Under the pieces are notes generated by a model that did not search any database, had not been told where the DNA came from, and saw only the letters and a program-made list of their open reading frames with translations. Below are positions 37,087 through 46,690 of a DNA stretch of 64,000 bases, piece after piece (position 1 is the stretch's first letter; each line of letters opens with the position of its first letter). A program made the translations under genes and the position numbers. The DNA is from Verrucomicrobiota bacterium (GTDB lineage Bacteria; Verrucomicrobiota; Verrucomicrobiia; Limisphaerales; CANJSG01): positions 701 through 64,700 of the forward strand of contig JBBRDN010000002.1 in the NCBI GenBank assembly GCA_038203875.1. The letters are read 5' to 3'.

Positions 37087-38763
37087 ATGAACTCATCGAT
37101 CAACCTCCTCTCCCGACGCTCGTTTTTTGACCGAAGCCTGAAGGTCGGACTCGGTGTCGCGCTCTCCACCCTCGTCGACATCCCGTTCGTCATGAAACGG
37201 GCCCTCGCCGAAGGCACGATGGGCCTGAACGGAAAGAAACTCCTGTTCATCTTCCTGCGCGGAGCGAATGACGGCCTCAACTCCGTCATTCCCATCGGCG
37301 ATCCCTCATACGTCAGTCTGACTCCCGGCGGAACTTATGGCACCAGCAGCATCCGGCCGAACATCGTCATCCCGCCGGATCCATTGACCGACTACACGGC
37401 CTTGGGCGGATGCGATTCGCCGGTGGCGGGCCCGAACCAGTCGACCTACTTTTATGACAAGGCGATCCGCGTTGGAAACGGATTCACTGCGATCCATCCG
37501 TCGCTGAAGTTCCTCGCGCCAGTTTACAACGCCGGCGACCTCGCGTTGATCCATCGTGTCGGCTACCCGAAGCAGTCGCGCTCCCATTTCGACTCGCAGA
37601 ACTACTGGGAGACGGGGAACCCGAACAACAAACTGATCAAGGACGGCATCTTCTACCGAACGATGGTGGAGTCAGGCCTCGCCCAGACGAACGCCCTTAC
37701 CGGCGTCTCGGTCCAGTCGTCCTTGCCGTTGATTCTCCGTGGCTCCCAGGCCGCAATGACCAATCTCAGCGATCCGAGCCGATACAACCTGAAGGGCATT
37801 CCCAACACGACCCAGGGCAACGCCAAGGCCGACGCAGCCATCCGGGCCGCGCTGGGATCCCCGGCGGCGGCCAAGATCAACCGCGACCTGCTCCGTCTCC
37901 AATATGAGAACATGAGCAACACGCTCCAAACCTTTGAGCAGCTCGACTGGTCGGAAAACGGGAACACCTTTCGCGATACGGCCGTGACCGACGACGACAC
38001 GGGCTACGCGCAATCGGGAACCGGCGGCTACTATCTATTCCCGACAACAAACACCAAGAACGGCGGCTACAGCCGGACGGGCGGAACCACGGACACGTCC
38101 CGCTATGCTGTGTCGACCGGTTCCTATGGGTTTTTCAACCAACTCAAGTCGGCGGCCATGATCCTGAACAACACCGACGCCGTCATCGCCGGCACGGAGT
38201 TGGGCGGATTCGACACGCACAACATCCAGGGATCGTCCACCGGCGCGCACGCCAATCTTCAACGGACGATCGGCTGGTCCATCTACGCTCTCCGGAAATA
38301 CTTCAGCCAATACGCGAACAAGGTGGATTGGAACAATGTCGTGGTCGTCACACTTTCCGAATTCGGCCGCACGACCAAGCAGAACACCACCACCGGCACT
38401 GACCATGCCGAAGCCGGACCGATGTTCGTCGCGGGCGGTGCCATCAAAGGATACGGCAAACCGAGCGGCCGCGGAGTCTTCGGATGCCATCCGACGGCCG
38501 ATTCCGTCCCTTGGATCACAGGCCCAGCCAACCAGGCCGGCGGCGTGGACGGAACCATGTTCGGCATTTCCGACAGCTACCTCAAACGGTCCGTCGACTA
38601 CCGGTCCGTGCTCGGCAAACTCATCCGCGATCATCTTGGAGCCACCCAGAACCAGCTCAACCGGATCATCCCCGGCTACACCAACGCCGGGGAACAACTG
38701 CAGACCGGCGGAACGTCGACGATCGACAACACCGCCATCATCGGCGAGCCGGCCTTGGTCTGA
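37087..38763 (+). CDS. DUF1501 domain-containing protein (Tat signal)
   Basis: SRRSFFDRSLKVGLGVA twin-arginine signal; GGFDTHN and LSEFGRTT motifs. Confidence 0.88.
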   Translation: MNSSINLLSRRSFFDRSLKVGLGVALSTLVDIPFVMKRALAEGTMGLNGKKLLFIFLRGANDGLNSVIPIGDPSYVSLTPGGTYGTSSIRPNIVIPPDPLTDYTALGGCDSPVAGPNQSTYFYDKAIRVGNGFTAIHPSLKFLAPVYNAGDLALIHRVGYPKQSRSHFDSQNYWETGNPNNKLIKDGIFYRTMVESGLAQTNALTGVSVQSSLPLILRGSQAAMTNLSDPSRYNLKGIPNTTQGNAKADAAIRAALGSPAAAKINRDLLRLQYENMSNTLQTFEQLDWSENGNTFRDTAVTDDDTGYAQSGTGGYYLFPTTNTKNGGYSRTGGTTDTSRYAVSTGSYGFFNQLKSAAMILNNTDAVIAGTELGGFDTHNIQGSSTGAHANLQRTIGWSIYALRKYFSQYANKVDWNNVVVVTLSEFGRTTKQNTTTGTDHAEAGPMFVAGGAIKGYGKPSGRGVFGCHPTADSVPWITGPANQAGGVDGTMFGISDSYLKRSVDYRSVLGKLIRDHLGATQNQLNRIIPGYTNAGEQLQTGGTSTIDNTAIIGEPALV

Positions 38764-38782
38764 TCGGTCCAATCTTCGCCAG

Positions 38783-38814
38783 GCCCCGGCTTCACCAGCC
38801 GGGGCTTTTCTTTT
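38783..38814 (+). terminator. rho-independent terminator
   Basis: GCCCCGGCT-tcacc-AGCCGGGGC followed by TTTTCTTTT, 20 nt after the DUF1501 stop. Confidence 0.7.
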
Positions 38815-38875
38815 GCGGACGGTTGATCGGTTGACTCTTCGCCTCGCGGTGTGAACCTCCGGGCAAATCACCGCC

Positions 38876-40195
38876 ATGCACGAATACGTCGAACGCGTCG
38901 TCAACCTTCTCGATCCGTCGCTGAACCGCCTCCACGGCATCTCCGGCGCGGAGGCCCACAAACGCCTCAAAGCAGGCGATACCGACGGCGTCCGGCAGAT
39001 CGACGGTTCGTTCGCGATGCTCGTCCATGAGGGCAAGCTTGTCCGCATGGCCCGCTCGCTGGACCGCCCGATGCGCTACTTCCTCGCCAAACGCGCCGCC
39101 GGTCCTGCCCTGTTCGTCGCGGACCGCATGGACACGATCCACCGCGCGCTCCAAGCCGAAGGACTGGCCGATCAGTTTCATCCGAGCTATACCCGCATGG
39201 TCCCCGCGCACTACATCGTCGACATCCAGCTCGTCGGCTGCCCGGACCCGGACCCGGTCTACACCCGTTTCTTCACCCCTCACCGCAACGCCCTTGGCAA
39301 TGACCTAGACCTGGTCGGGTCGCTCTACGTGGGAGCCCTTGCCGCGGAGATCACCCGCTGGCTGCGCTCGATTCCGGACCGTGAGCCGGTCGGCGTCTGT
39401 TTCTCCGGCGGCATCGACAGCGGATCGGTCTTCGTCCTCACGTATCACCTGATGCGAAAACTGGGGATGAACCTTTCACGCCTGAAGGCTTTCACCCTTT
39501 CTATCGGCGATGGCCCGGACCTCGAACAAGCCCGGCGCTTCCTGCGCAAACTCGATCTCGAACTTTTCCTGGAACCCATCGAAGCCGAAGTAGCCTCGCT
39601 TGATCCATCGGAGACGATCCGGATCGTCGAAGACTACAAGGCTCTCGACATCGAGGCGGCCACCATGCTGATCGCACTTCTCAAGGGCATCCGCAGCCGG
39701 TATCCCGACTGGAAGTTCCTCATGGACGGCGACGGCGGCGACGAGAACCTCAAGGACTATCCCATCGAGGAAAACCCGGAGCTCACCATCCGCAGCGTCG
39801 TCCACAACCTCATGCTTTACCAGGAAGGCTGGGGCGTCGGACGAATCAAACACTCGCTGACCTATAGCGGCGGCCTCAGCCGGAGCTACACCCGCACCTA
39901 CGCCCCCGCTCGAGCGTTTGGCTTCGAGGGCTTTAGTCCCTTCACCAAACCGAACGTCATCGAAGTGGCGGAAGGCATCCCCTACATCGGCCTGACGAAC
40001 TACGACGTGCCCACGCTCTACTCGCTCAAGGGCGAGATCGTCTCGCGCGGCATCCGCGCCGTCACGGGCATGGACATGCCGGTCTTCGAGAAGCGCCGCT
40101 TCCAGCATGGGGCCGTCTCTAAGGAAACGCTCCGCACCCGGCTTCCTTCCCAGGAAGTCGCCTATCGCCGCCAGTTCCTCTCGATCTACCAATAG
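38876..40195 (+). CDS. asparagine-synthetase-like PP-loop enzyme lacking the N-terminal Cys nucleophile
   Basis: PP-loop VCFSGGIDSGSV. Ntn-like N-domain remnant IDGSFAMLVHEGKLVRMARSLDRPMRYF. The protein begins MHEYVE (no Cys2). Confidence 0.8.
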   Translation: MHEYVERVVNLLDPSLNRLHGISGAEAHKRLKAGDTDGVRQIDGSFAMLVHEGKLVRMARSLDRPMRYFLAKRAAGPALFVADRMDTIHRALQAEGLADQFHPSYTRMVPAHYIVDIQLVGCPDPDPVYTRFFTPHRNALGNDLDLVGSLYVGALAAEITRWLRSIPDREPVGVCFSGGIDSGSVFVLTYHLMRKLGMNLSRLKAFTLSIGDGPDLEQARRFLRKLDLELFLEPIEAEVASLDPSETIRIVEDYKALDIEAATMLIALLKGIRSRYPDWKFLMDGDGGDENLKDYPIEENPELTIRSVVHNLMLYQEGWGVGRIKHSLTYSGGLSRSYTRTYAPARAFGFEGFSPFTKPNVIEVAEGIPYIGLTNYDVPTLYSLKGEIVSRGIRAVTGMDMPVFEKRRFQHGAVSKETLRTRLPSQEVAYRRQFLSIYQ

Positions 40196-40208
40196 CCCGT
40201 CGCCTCCA

Positions 40209-41225
40209 GTGGACGCCTTTCCGGATTCACCTTCCGCGCGCGACGCATGGATTGTTGGAAGGCGCGGACCACGCAACCGTCTCGATCCATCCAAAGCCTA
40301 TGCCCAGTTCATCGAGATCGAACCCGACGAGCTCGGCTCGCCAACAGAAATAGCCACCGTCTTCCTGACGAACAAGGAGTGCCCTTGGCGCTGCCTGATG
40401 TGTGATCTGTGGCGGAACACTCTGGAGATTTCGGTTCCTCCCGGCGCCGTCCCGGGTCAGATCTCGAAGGCTATTCAGGATCTCGGACCAACCGGTGCCC
40501 GTCCGAAGACGAAGCGTTTTCTGAAGCTCTACAACGCCGGGAGCTTCTTCGATCCGCACGCGATTCCGACGGAGGACTACCCGGCGATCGCTGCCCTGTG
40601 CGCTCCGTTCGAGCGCGTCATCGTCGAATCGCACCCTGCGCTCATCAACGCCCGGTTCGACGAGTTCCATCCCCTGGTTCGAAGCCACCGCGAAACAAAA
40701 AGCCAAGGCCCCGCACTAGAAGTGGCGCTCGGGCTGGAAACTGTCCATCCCGTCGCCCGCGAACGTCTCAACAAACGGGTCACGTTGGAACAGTTCCGGA
40801 CGGCGGCCTCAAGTATCGTCGTCAGCGGAGCCGCCTTGCGCTGCTTTGTCCTCGTGGCTCCACCATTCCTTGGCGGAAACGATCCGGTCGCGTCAGCCGT
40901 GGACACCGCCAAGTTCGCCTTCGACTGCGGGGCTTCCGTCGTGGCTCTCATTCCGACGCGTGGTGGTAACGGCGCAATGGAGCAACTGCTCAGGTCGGGC
41001 GACTGGACTCCACCGACGTTGGCCCAGTTGGAGCGCACGTTCGATCTCACCTTGGATATCCGGAAGACGACTGCATCAGGCGACCGGGTTTTCGTCGACA
41101 CGTGGGATCTCGAGCGTTTCTCCGATTGCACCGCCTGTGTCCCCGCGCGCAAGGCTCGGTTGGGGCGGATGAACCTTTATCAGCGGGCCGAAGCCCCTCT
41201 GCCTTGCGTCCGGTGCGGGCGCTGA
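40209..41225 (+). CDS. radical SAM protein (possibly TIGR01210/RaSEA-like)
   Basis: CPWRCLMC is CxxxCxxC. GLETVHP...LNKRVTLEQF, APPFLGG and a C-terminal Cys cluster CTACVP...CVRCG. The start is uncertain: GTG 40209 is the first start after the upstream stop, while the track ORF opens at 40107 and overlaps gene 1. Confidence 0.7.
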   Translation: MDAFPDSPSARDAWIVGRRGPRNRLDPSKAYAQFIEIEPDELGSPTEIATVFLTNKECPWRCLMCDLWRNTLEISVPPGAVPGQISKAIQDLGPTGARPKTKRFLKLYNAGSFFDPHAIPTEDYPAIAALCAPFERVIVESHPALINARFDEFHPLVRSHRETKSQGPALEVALGLETVHPVARERLNKRVTLEQFRTAASSIVVSGAALRCFVLVAPPFLGGNDPVASAVDTAKFAFDCGASVVALIPTRGGNGAMEQLLRSGDWTPPTLAQLERTFDLTLDIRKTTASGDRVFVDTWDLERFSDCTACVPARKARLGRMNLYQRAEAPLPCVRCGR

Positions 41226-41243
41226 TCCGGGAGGAATGGTCGG

Positions 41244-42716
41244 CTACTCCTTCTTCTTGGCCGTCTTCGGAGCCGGTGCCTTCAGCGGCCACGTTTCCGA
41301 CTCCGTCCGGGCATCGGCCAGATACTCCTCGATCTTCTTCACCACGTCCTTGTTCGTGGCCGCAACGTTGTTGGTCTCGCCGAGATCGGACTTGAGGTTG
41401 AACAACTCGACCGGCTTTCCGAAAGGACGGATGGCCTTCCAATCGCCCATGCGCGCCGCCTGTTTGCTGCCGCCCTCGTGGAACTCCCAGTAGAGGAACT
41501 CCGCCGGCTTCTGTTCCTTTCCCAGCAGCGTCGGCACGACGGATCGACCATCAATACCGACCGGATTCTTCAGACCGGCCAACTCGACGGCGGTCGGGAG
41601 AAAATCCCAGAAAGCCCAGGGGAAATCGCTCACCTTTCCCGCCGGAACCCGCGTGTGCCCGCGCACGATCATCGGCACACGGATTCCTCCTTCCGACAAA
41701 TCGCGTTTGATGCCACGCAACGGTCCGGAGCTCTGGAAGAACGCCGGATCGTTGCCGCCTTCCTTGTGCGGACCATTGTCGCTCGAAAAGAAGATGACCG
41801 TCTGGCTGTCCAGATTCTCGTCCTTGATCAGTTTCAACACGGCACCGATCTGCGCATCGAGACGCGTGATCATGGCCGCCTTGTTCTTCTCCGGTTGCGG
41901 CCAGTTGTTCGTCGAGTAGGGCGCGTCGCTCGGAACCTCCATGCCGTTACCCGTCGCCTTGGTCAGGGCATTGTGGGCGTGCGGCGTGGTGTAGGAAAGG
42001 TAGAGGAAGAAAGGCCTCTGCTTGTTCTGCGCGATGAAGTTGAGCGCCACCGAAGTGAAATAGTCCGCGACGTAAAGACTCTTCCGGCCCTGTTGGTTGA
42101 CCTGGACCGGAATGCGGACGCCGTTCCGGACCAGCGTCTCGGGGTAGTAGTTGTGCGCTTCGGTCTGATCCAGGAAACCGAACTGCTCGTCGAAGCCCTG
42201 ACGGTTCGGTTCTCCGGATGTTCCCTCGTTGCCCAGTCCCCATTTGCCGATCACGCCGGACACGTAGCCGGCACTCCGCAGAAGTTTCGCCACCGTGACC
42301 ACGTTCGTCCCCAACGCCATCTTCGCGTTGCCCCGGATCGGCGTATGTCCTGTATGTTGGCCGGTCATCAACACGGAACGCGAAGGCGCGCACACCGTGC
42401 TTCCGGCATAGACGCTGGTGAAGCGCATGCCATCCGCCGCGAGTTGGTCTAGGTTCGGCGTTTGGATGAGCTTCTGGCCGTAGGAACCCAGATCGCCGTA
42501 GCCGAGATCGTCCGCGAGGATGAAGACGATGTTCGGCAACTGCGGCCGGAAATACCGCGGCGGCACCTTGCTGCGGTTCGTCTTCATCATCGTCTGCGCG
42601 AGCCGGGACTCTTCGGGAGTGTTCACCGTCGGCGGTGGCGCCTGCTGAGCGGAGACACGCGCAACCGCCCCACCGAGGAGAAGCAACACCACGCACACGA
42701 AACGAAGAATGGACAT
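41244..42716 (-). CDS. arylsulfatase (formylglycine-dependent sulfatase family)
   Basis: Signal peptide; IVFILADDLGYGDLGSYG; CAPSRSVLMTG (C-x-P-x-R). Confidence 0.9.
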   Translation of the reverse strand: MSILRFVCVVLLLLGGAVARVSAQQAPPPTVNTPEESRLAQTMMKTNRSKVPPRYFRPQLPNIVFILADDLGYGDLGSYGQKLIQTPNLDQLAADGMRFTSVYAGSTVCAPSRSVLMTGQHTGHTPIRGNAKMALGTNVVTVAKLLRSAGYVSGVIGKWGLGNEGTSGEPNRQGFDEQFGFLDQTEAHNYYPETLVRNGVRIPVQVNQQGRKSLYVADYFTSVALNFIAQNKQRPFFLYLSYTTPHAHNALTKATGNGMEVPSDAPYSTNNWPQPEKNKAAMITRLDAQIGAVLKLIKDENLDSQTVIFFSSDNGPHKEGGNDPAFFQSSGPLRGIKRDLSEGGIRVPMIVRGHTRVPAGKVSDFPWAFWDFLPTAVELAGLKNPVGIDGRSVVPTLLGKEQKPAEFLYWEFHEGGSKQAARMGDWKAIRPFGKPVELFNLKSDLGETNNVAATNKDVVKKIEEYLADARTESETWPLKAPAPKTAKKKE

Positions 42717-42772
42717 GCGCTGAACCTAGAGGCGAAGCCGGCGGGCCATCAACGGCGATTCGGTCGATGCGG

Positions 42773-43804
42773 TCAGGCCGTGACGTCGATGAAGGTCTTC
42801 ACCGCACGATTTCCCGAGGCCATTCCCTGGAACAACTCCGGCAATCCCGTCAGCGGACAATCGGCATCGACGAAATCATCCGCACGGATCACGCCGCGTT
42901 CGATCCACGACAACGCCTCGCGGATCGCCATCGGCGTGTGGTGGAAACTCGCGAGCAAAGTGAGGTTCGAGTAGTGGATCAGACCCGTGTCGAGCTTCAC
43001 CGAGGTGCCCGAAGGACACCCGCCAAAGAAGTTCACCCGCCCGCCCTTCCGGACCAACTGAACCGCCGCTTCCCAGCATTCCGGTTTGCCGACCGCCTCG
43101 ACCACTACGTCGAAGGTCCGGCCGGACCGGCGGCACGCCGGCACCACATCTCCGTCAGCGCCGATCTCGACCACCGCGGCGCCTCCGAGCAACTGCGCCT
43201 TGGCCAAACGGTTCTCGCCCCGGCCCGCCACCGTCACATCGCAACCCGCCTCCTTAGCCAGCCTCACGAACATGAGACCGATCGGTCCCGCACCGATCAC
43301 AAGAACGCGCTCGGCAGACTGGAGCTTCAGGTCCTGCACACCTTGAACCACGCACGCCAACGGCTCGGTCAACGCTGCGTCCCGGAAAGCCGTTTCCGGC
43401 CGCAGCTTCAGGAGATTCATCTCCACGATCCGACGCGGAATCACGATGGACTGGGCGTAGGCGCCGTTCAGGAATAGCAGGTCGTCGCAGAGATTCGGCT
43501 GGGCCGTTTTGCAGTGAAAACAGTGGCCACAGGGAGCCGAGTTCGCGGCCACGACACGGTCTCCCACAGAAACCAAGGACTGCGCTTCCGACGACACCTC
43601 GCAGACTTCTCCAGCCAACTCATGCCCGAAGACCGTCGGCGGAACGAGCATCCTGGCGTGGTATCCTCGCTTGAAGACCTTCAGGTCCGTGCCGCACGTC
43701 AGGGCGGCGCGAATACGCACGCGCAGTTCGCCCGCGACCAGCGCCGGCTCCGCCACCGACTCGACCCGGACGTCTTCTTTGCCATGGAGGACCGCTGCGC
43801 GCAT
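42773..43804 (-). CDS. zinc-dependent alcohol/polyol dehydrogenase (MDR family)
   Basis: GHELAGEV, CGHCFHCK structural-Zn cluster and the GAGPIGLM Rossmann motif. I preferred ATG 43804 (MRAAVLHG...) over the TTG-extended track start. Confidence 0.85.
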   Translation of the reverse strand: MRAAVLHGKEDVRVESVAEPALVAGELRVRIRAALTCGTDLKVFKRGYHARMLVPPTVFGHELAGEVCEVSSEAQSLVSVGDRVVAANSAPCGHCFHCKTAQPNLCDDLLFLNGAYAQSIVIPRRIVEMNLLKLRPETAFRDAALTEPLACVVQGVQDLKLQSAERVLVIGAGPIGLMFVRLAKEAGCDVTVAGRGENRLAKAQLLGGAAVVEIGADGDVVPACRRSGRTFDVVVEAVGKPECWEAAVQLVRKGGRVNFFGGCPSGTSVKLDTGLIHYSNLTLLASFHHTPMAIREALSWIERGVIRADDFVDADCPLTGLPELFQGMASGNRAVKTFIDVTA

Positions 43805-43886
43805 GGCGGCAGCTTGTTCGGGCCTTGCCGCGGAACTCAATCTTTTCGCTTTGGGCCCGGCCTCGGCTTCGGCTTAATCGCGCGCC

Positions 43887-44549
43887 ATGGAATGGATCAA
43901 GCAGCTCATCGATTTCGTCCTGCACGTCAACGTGCACCTGGCCGAACTCGTGCAGAGTTACGGTCCGTGGATCTACCTCATCCTGTTCCTGATCGTGTTC
44001 TGCGAGACCGGCCTAGTGGTAACGCCCATCCTACCCGGTGATTCCCTGCTCTTCGCTGCTGGCGCCCTCGCGGCCACGGGTGGAATGAACCCCTTCATTC
44101 TCTGCCTGGTCCTGATCACCGCCGCGATTCTCGGCGACACGGCCAACTATTGGATCGGCAAAAAATCCGGCCACGTCCTCCAACGGAAGTTCCCGCGAAT
44201 CGTGAAGCCGGAGTATCTCCTCCGGACCAACGTGTTTTTCGAGCGCTACGGCGGGAAGACGATCATCTTCGCGCGCTTTGTTCCCATTGTGCGGACGTTT
44301 GCACCATTCGTGGCGGGTGCGGGCGCGATGACCTATGGGCGCTTCATGATGTTCAACGTGGTTGGCGCGTTTCTGTGGGTCCTGCTGCTGGTCCCGGCCG
44401 GCTACTTCTTTGCCAACTTCGAGTTCGTGAAGAAGAATTTCTCGGCGGTCATCCTTGCCATCATTGTTCTCTCCATCCTCCCAGGCGTGGTCGAGTTCCT
44501 CCGTGAACGCAGCCGGATCAAGCGGGAAAAGTTGAACGGCGCGAGGTAA
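43887..44549 (+). CDS. DedA family membrane protein
   Basis: LFLIVFCETGLVVTPILPGDSLLF...GDTANYWIGKK...ARFVPIVRTFAPFVAG. Confidence 0.88.
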   Translation: MEWIKQLIDFVLHVNVHLAELVQSYGPWIYLILFLIVFCETGLVVTPILPGDSLLFAAGALAATGGMNPFILCLVLITAAILGDTANYWIGKKSGHVLQRKFPRIVKPEYLLRTNVFFERYGGKTIIFARFVPIVRTFAPFVAGAGAMTYGRFMMFNVVGAFLWVLLLVPAGYFFANFEFVKKNFSAVILAIIVLSILPGVVEFLRERSRIKREKLNGAR

Positions 44550-44604
44550 CCCGAATCCGGCGACCGCAGGCTAACGAAATCGCTTCGAGACGACCAACCC
44601 ACGG

Positions 44605-45276
44605 TCACTCCGAGGTAATGCCCGGAATCTCCCGCGCCGGCGGAGCTTTCACAAACGACACGGCACGCAGGTAAATCGGCTCGATCTGGAAGGCAGGCAG
44701 GAAATTCGTCCGCATCGCGGCGAGCTGACCTAGGACCGCGGCATCGGGCAGAACGCGCCGTCCGGTGAGCTTGGTTTCCACGGCGGCATCGGGACCAATC
44801 AACGCCTCGTCCGGCTGCCGCGCTGCCAACACCTGGTCTGTGGAGATGATCCGAAGCGGTTCTTCCACGGACCACTCGCCTTCCGTCACGCGGTAGGCGG
44901 TGTGGTAAAACTCCCCCCGCTGCGCATCGACGACCACGTGCACACGCCCGCGCAGGCCTTCACGGCGGGCCTGTTCCGCCAGACAATCCACACTGCTCAC
45001 GCCGATGGTCTTCACGCCCGTGCCAAGCTGCCAGCCCTGCGCAGTCGCCAATGCGATGCGGATGCCGGTGTAGGATCCGGGTCCGATTCCGATGGCGATG
45101 GCCCCGATGGCTTCCCGCTGGATGCCCGCCTCGCCCAAGGCTGTTTCAGTCAGGCCCAACGCGTGGGTTTGCCGGCCGCCCTGCTCGTCAGCGCGGCCGG
45201 CAACACGCCCAGTTACCGCATCCACCACGGCGACACCACGGCGGTCCGAAGAGAATTCAAAGGCCAAGATCCACAT
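44605..45276 (-). CDS. tsaB: tRNA t6A biosynthesis protein TsaB
   Basis: ATG 45276 (MWILAFEFSS...). GIGPGSYTGIRIALATAQG is typical of YeaZ/TsaB. Confidence 0.85.
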   Translation of the reverse strand: MWILAFEFSSDRRGVAVVDAVTGRVAGRADEQGGRQTHALGLTETALGEAGIQREAIGAIAIGIGPGSYTGIRIALATAQGWQLGTGVKTIGVSSVDCLAEQARREGLRGRVHVVVDAQRGEFYHTAYRVTEGEWSVEEPLRIISTDQVLAARQPDEALIGPDAAVETKLTGRRVLPDAAVLGQLAAMRTNFLPAFQIEPIYLRAVSFVKAPPAREIPGITSE

Positions 45277-45742
45277 GACGAATTCGCCGTTCGGTTTCGT
45301 TGATCGACTCGATACGCACAACGCGGATCCAACCGTCCGCCGCGTTGGACGACTTTGAACATCCAACTTCAAACCTTGACCCGAGGTCCGGCCGCCACCG
45401 CTCGATCCATTCGACGACCGACACGCCCTCCGGTTGGACGAGATACGGCTCGAGCCCGGCACCGATGATCTGTTCCGGCGTATCGAGGCGGTAGAGGTCC
45501 AAGTGAGCCAAAGGCAACAGCCCGTCGGAATATTCGTTGATCAGCCCAAAAGTAGGCGATGTGACCTTGCCCCGGCACCCGAGACCACGGGCCAGTCCTT
45601 TCACAAGCTGTGTCTTGCCCGCACCAAGATCACCGCTCAGTCCGATGACCCAGCCGGACTTGGCCTCGGCGGCCCAATGTTCGCCGAGCGCCATGGTTTC
45701 CTCGGGCGAGCGCGTGATGGTTTCGTGAACGGGGCTCATCAT
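45257..45742 (-). CDS. tsaE: tRNA t6A biosynthesis ATPase TsaE
   Basis: GLSGDLGAGKTQLVKGLARGLG, VTSPTFGLINEY and HLDLYRL. Its start overlaps the thiL stop by 1 nt. Confidence 0.85.
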   Translation of the reverse strand: MMSPVHETITRSPEETMALGEHWAAEAKSGWVIGLSGDLGAGKTQLVKGLARGLGCRGKVTSPTFGLINEYSDGLLPLAHLDLYRLDTPEQIIGAGLEPYLVQPEGVSVVEWIERWRPDLGSRFEVGCSKSSNAADGWIRVVRIESINETERRIRHVDLGL

Positions 45743-46686
45743 CACGCCACTCCATTGCCCTGGAAGTGCACGTAGCCGCCGACATCGAAACCCCGGAGTC
45801 CCCGTTCGTCGCGCAGACGCAGCCCCGGCTCCTCCGTGATACGGCCGATGCAGGTCAGCTTCACTTCGGGGAACTTCCCCTTCCATCCATCGAGCACGGC
45901 GACGGCGTCGCGGCTGGCGACGGTAAAGACGAGTTCGAAGTCCTCGCCGTCGGTGAGCGCGGCGAGCAACGGAGGTTTGGACGATGAGTCCCCCTTCGAC
46001 TGCGCCCGGGCTTCGCGGGTGATCGGAATGGACCGTGACAACAACTCGGCGCCGACGCCGCTCGCCTGGAGGATGTGCCGGAGATCTCCCGCCAACCCGT
46101 CGCTCACATCCATCATCGCGTGAATACAGCCGACACCGGCCAGCCATGCGCCTTCGGCCAGTCGAGGCTCGAAATCAAGATGCCGGCCCTGCAGGGATCC
46201 ACCGAGTTCGCCGCTGACGAAGATGGCGTCGCCAACCTTCGCACCCGACCGCAGCAACGCCTGGCCGCGGGGAACCGTTCCGAGAACCGAGACGGAAATC
46301 AGAAGCCGATCGGGATTCGTCGTCGTCTCCCCGCCGACAATTGCTGTGCCGGTGCGGACGGCCAACGCGTTCAGACCGGCGTAGATCCTTTCCACCCGCG
46401 CGGCATCGAAGTCCTTTGGTAATCCAAGGGTGATCAATGCGGCTGTCGGAGTTCCGCCCATCGCGGCGATGTCGCTCAGGCAACGCGCGAGGGCCTTGTG
46501 GCCGATGCGTTCCGGCTCGGTATCAGCGGTGAAGTGGACGCCCTCGACCACGGCGTCGGTCTTGAGGAGCAACTGCCGGTCACCACCAAGGTCCAGCACG
46601 GCGCAATCATCGCCGGGGCCGACGACGACGGCGGAATTGGACGGAACCGAGCGGGTGAGCCGGGCGATCAACTGGAATTCGTTCAT
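45742..46686 (-). CDS. thiL: thiamine-monophosphate kinase
   Basis: GPGDDCAVL, TDAVVEGVHF, SDIAAMGG and DVSDGL. ATG 46686 lies 5 nt after the upstream stop. Confidence 0.9.
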   Translation of the reverse strand: MNEFQLIARLTRSVPSNSAVVVGPGDDCAVLDLGGDRQLLLKTDAVVEGVHFTADTEPERIGHKALARCLSDIAAMGGTPTAALITLGLPKDFDAARVERIYAGLNALAVRTGTAIVGGETTTNPDRLLISVSVLGTVPRGQALLRSGAKVGDAIFVSGELGGSLQGRHLDFEPRLAEGAWLAGVGCIHAMMDVSDGLAGDLRHILQASGVGAELLSRSIPITREARAQSKGDSSSKPPLLAALTDGEDFELVFTVASRDAVAVLDGWKGKFPEVKLTCIGRITEEPGLRLRDERGLRGFDVGGYVHFQGNGVA

Positions 46687-46690
46687 TCGG

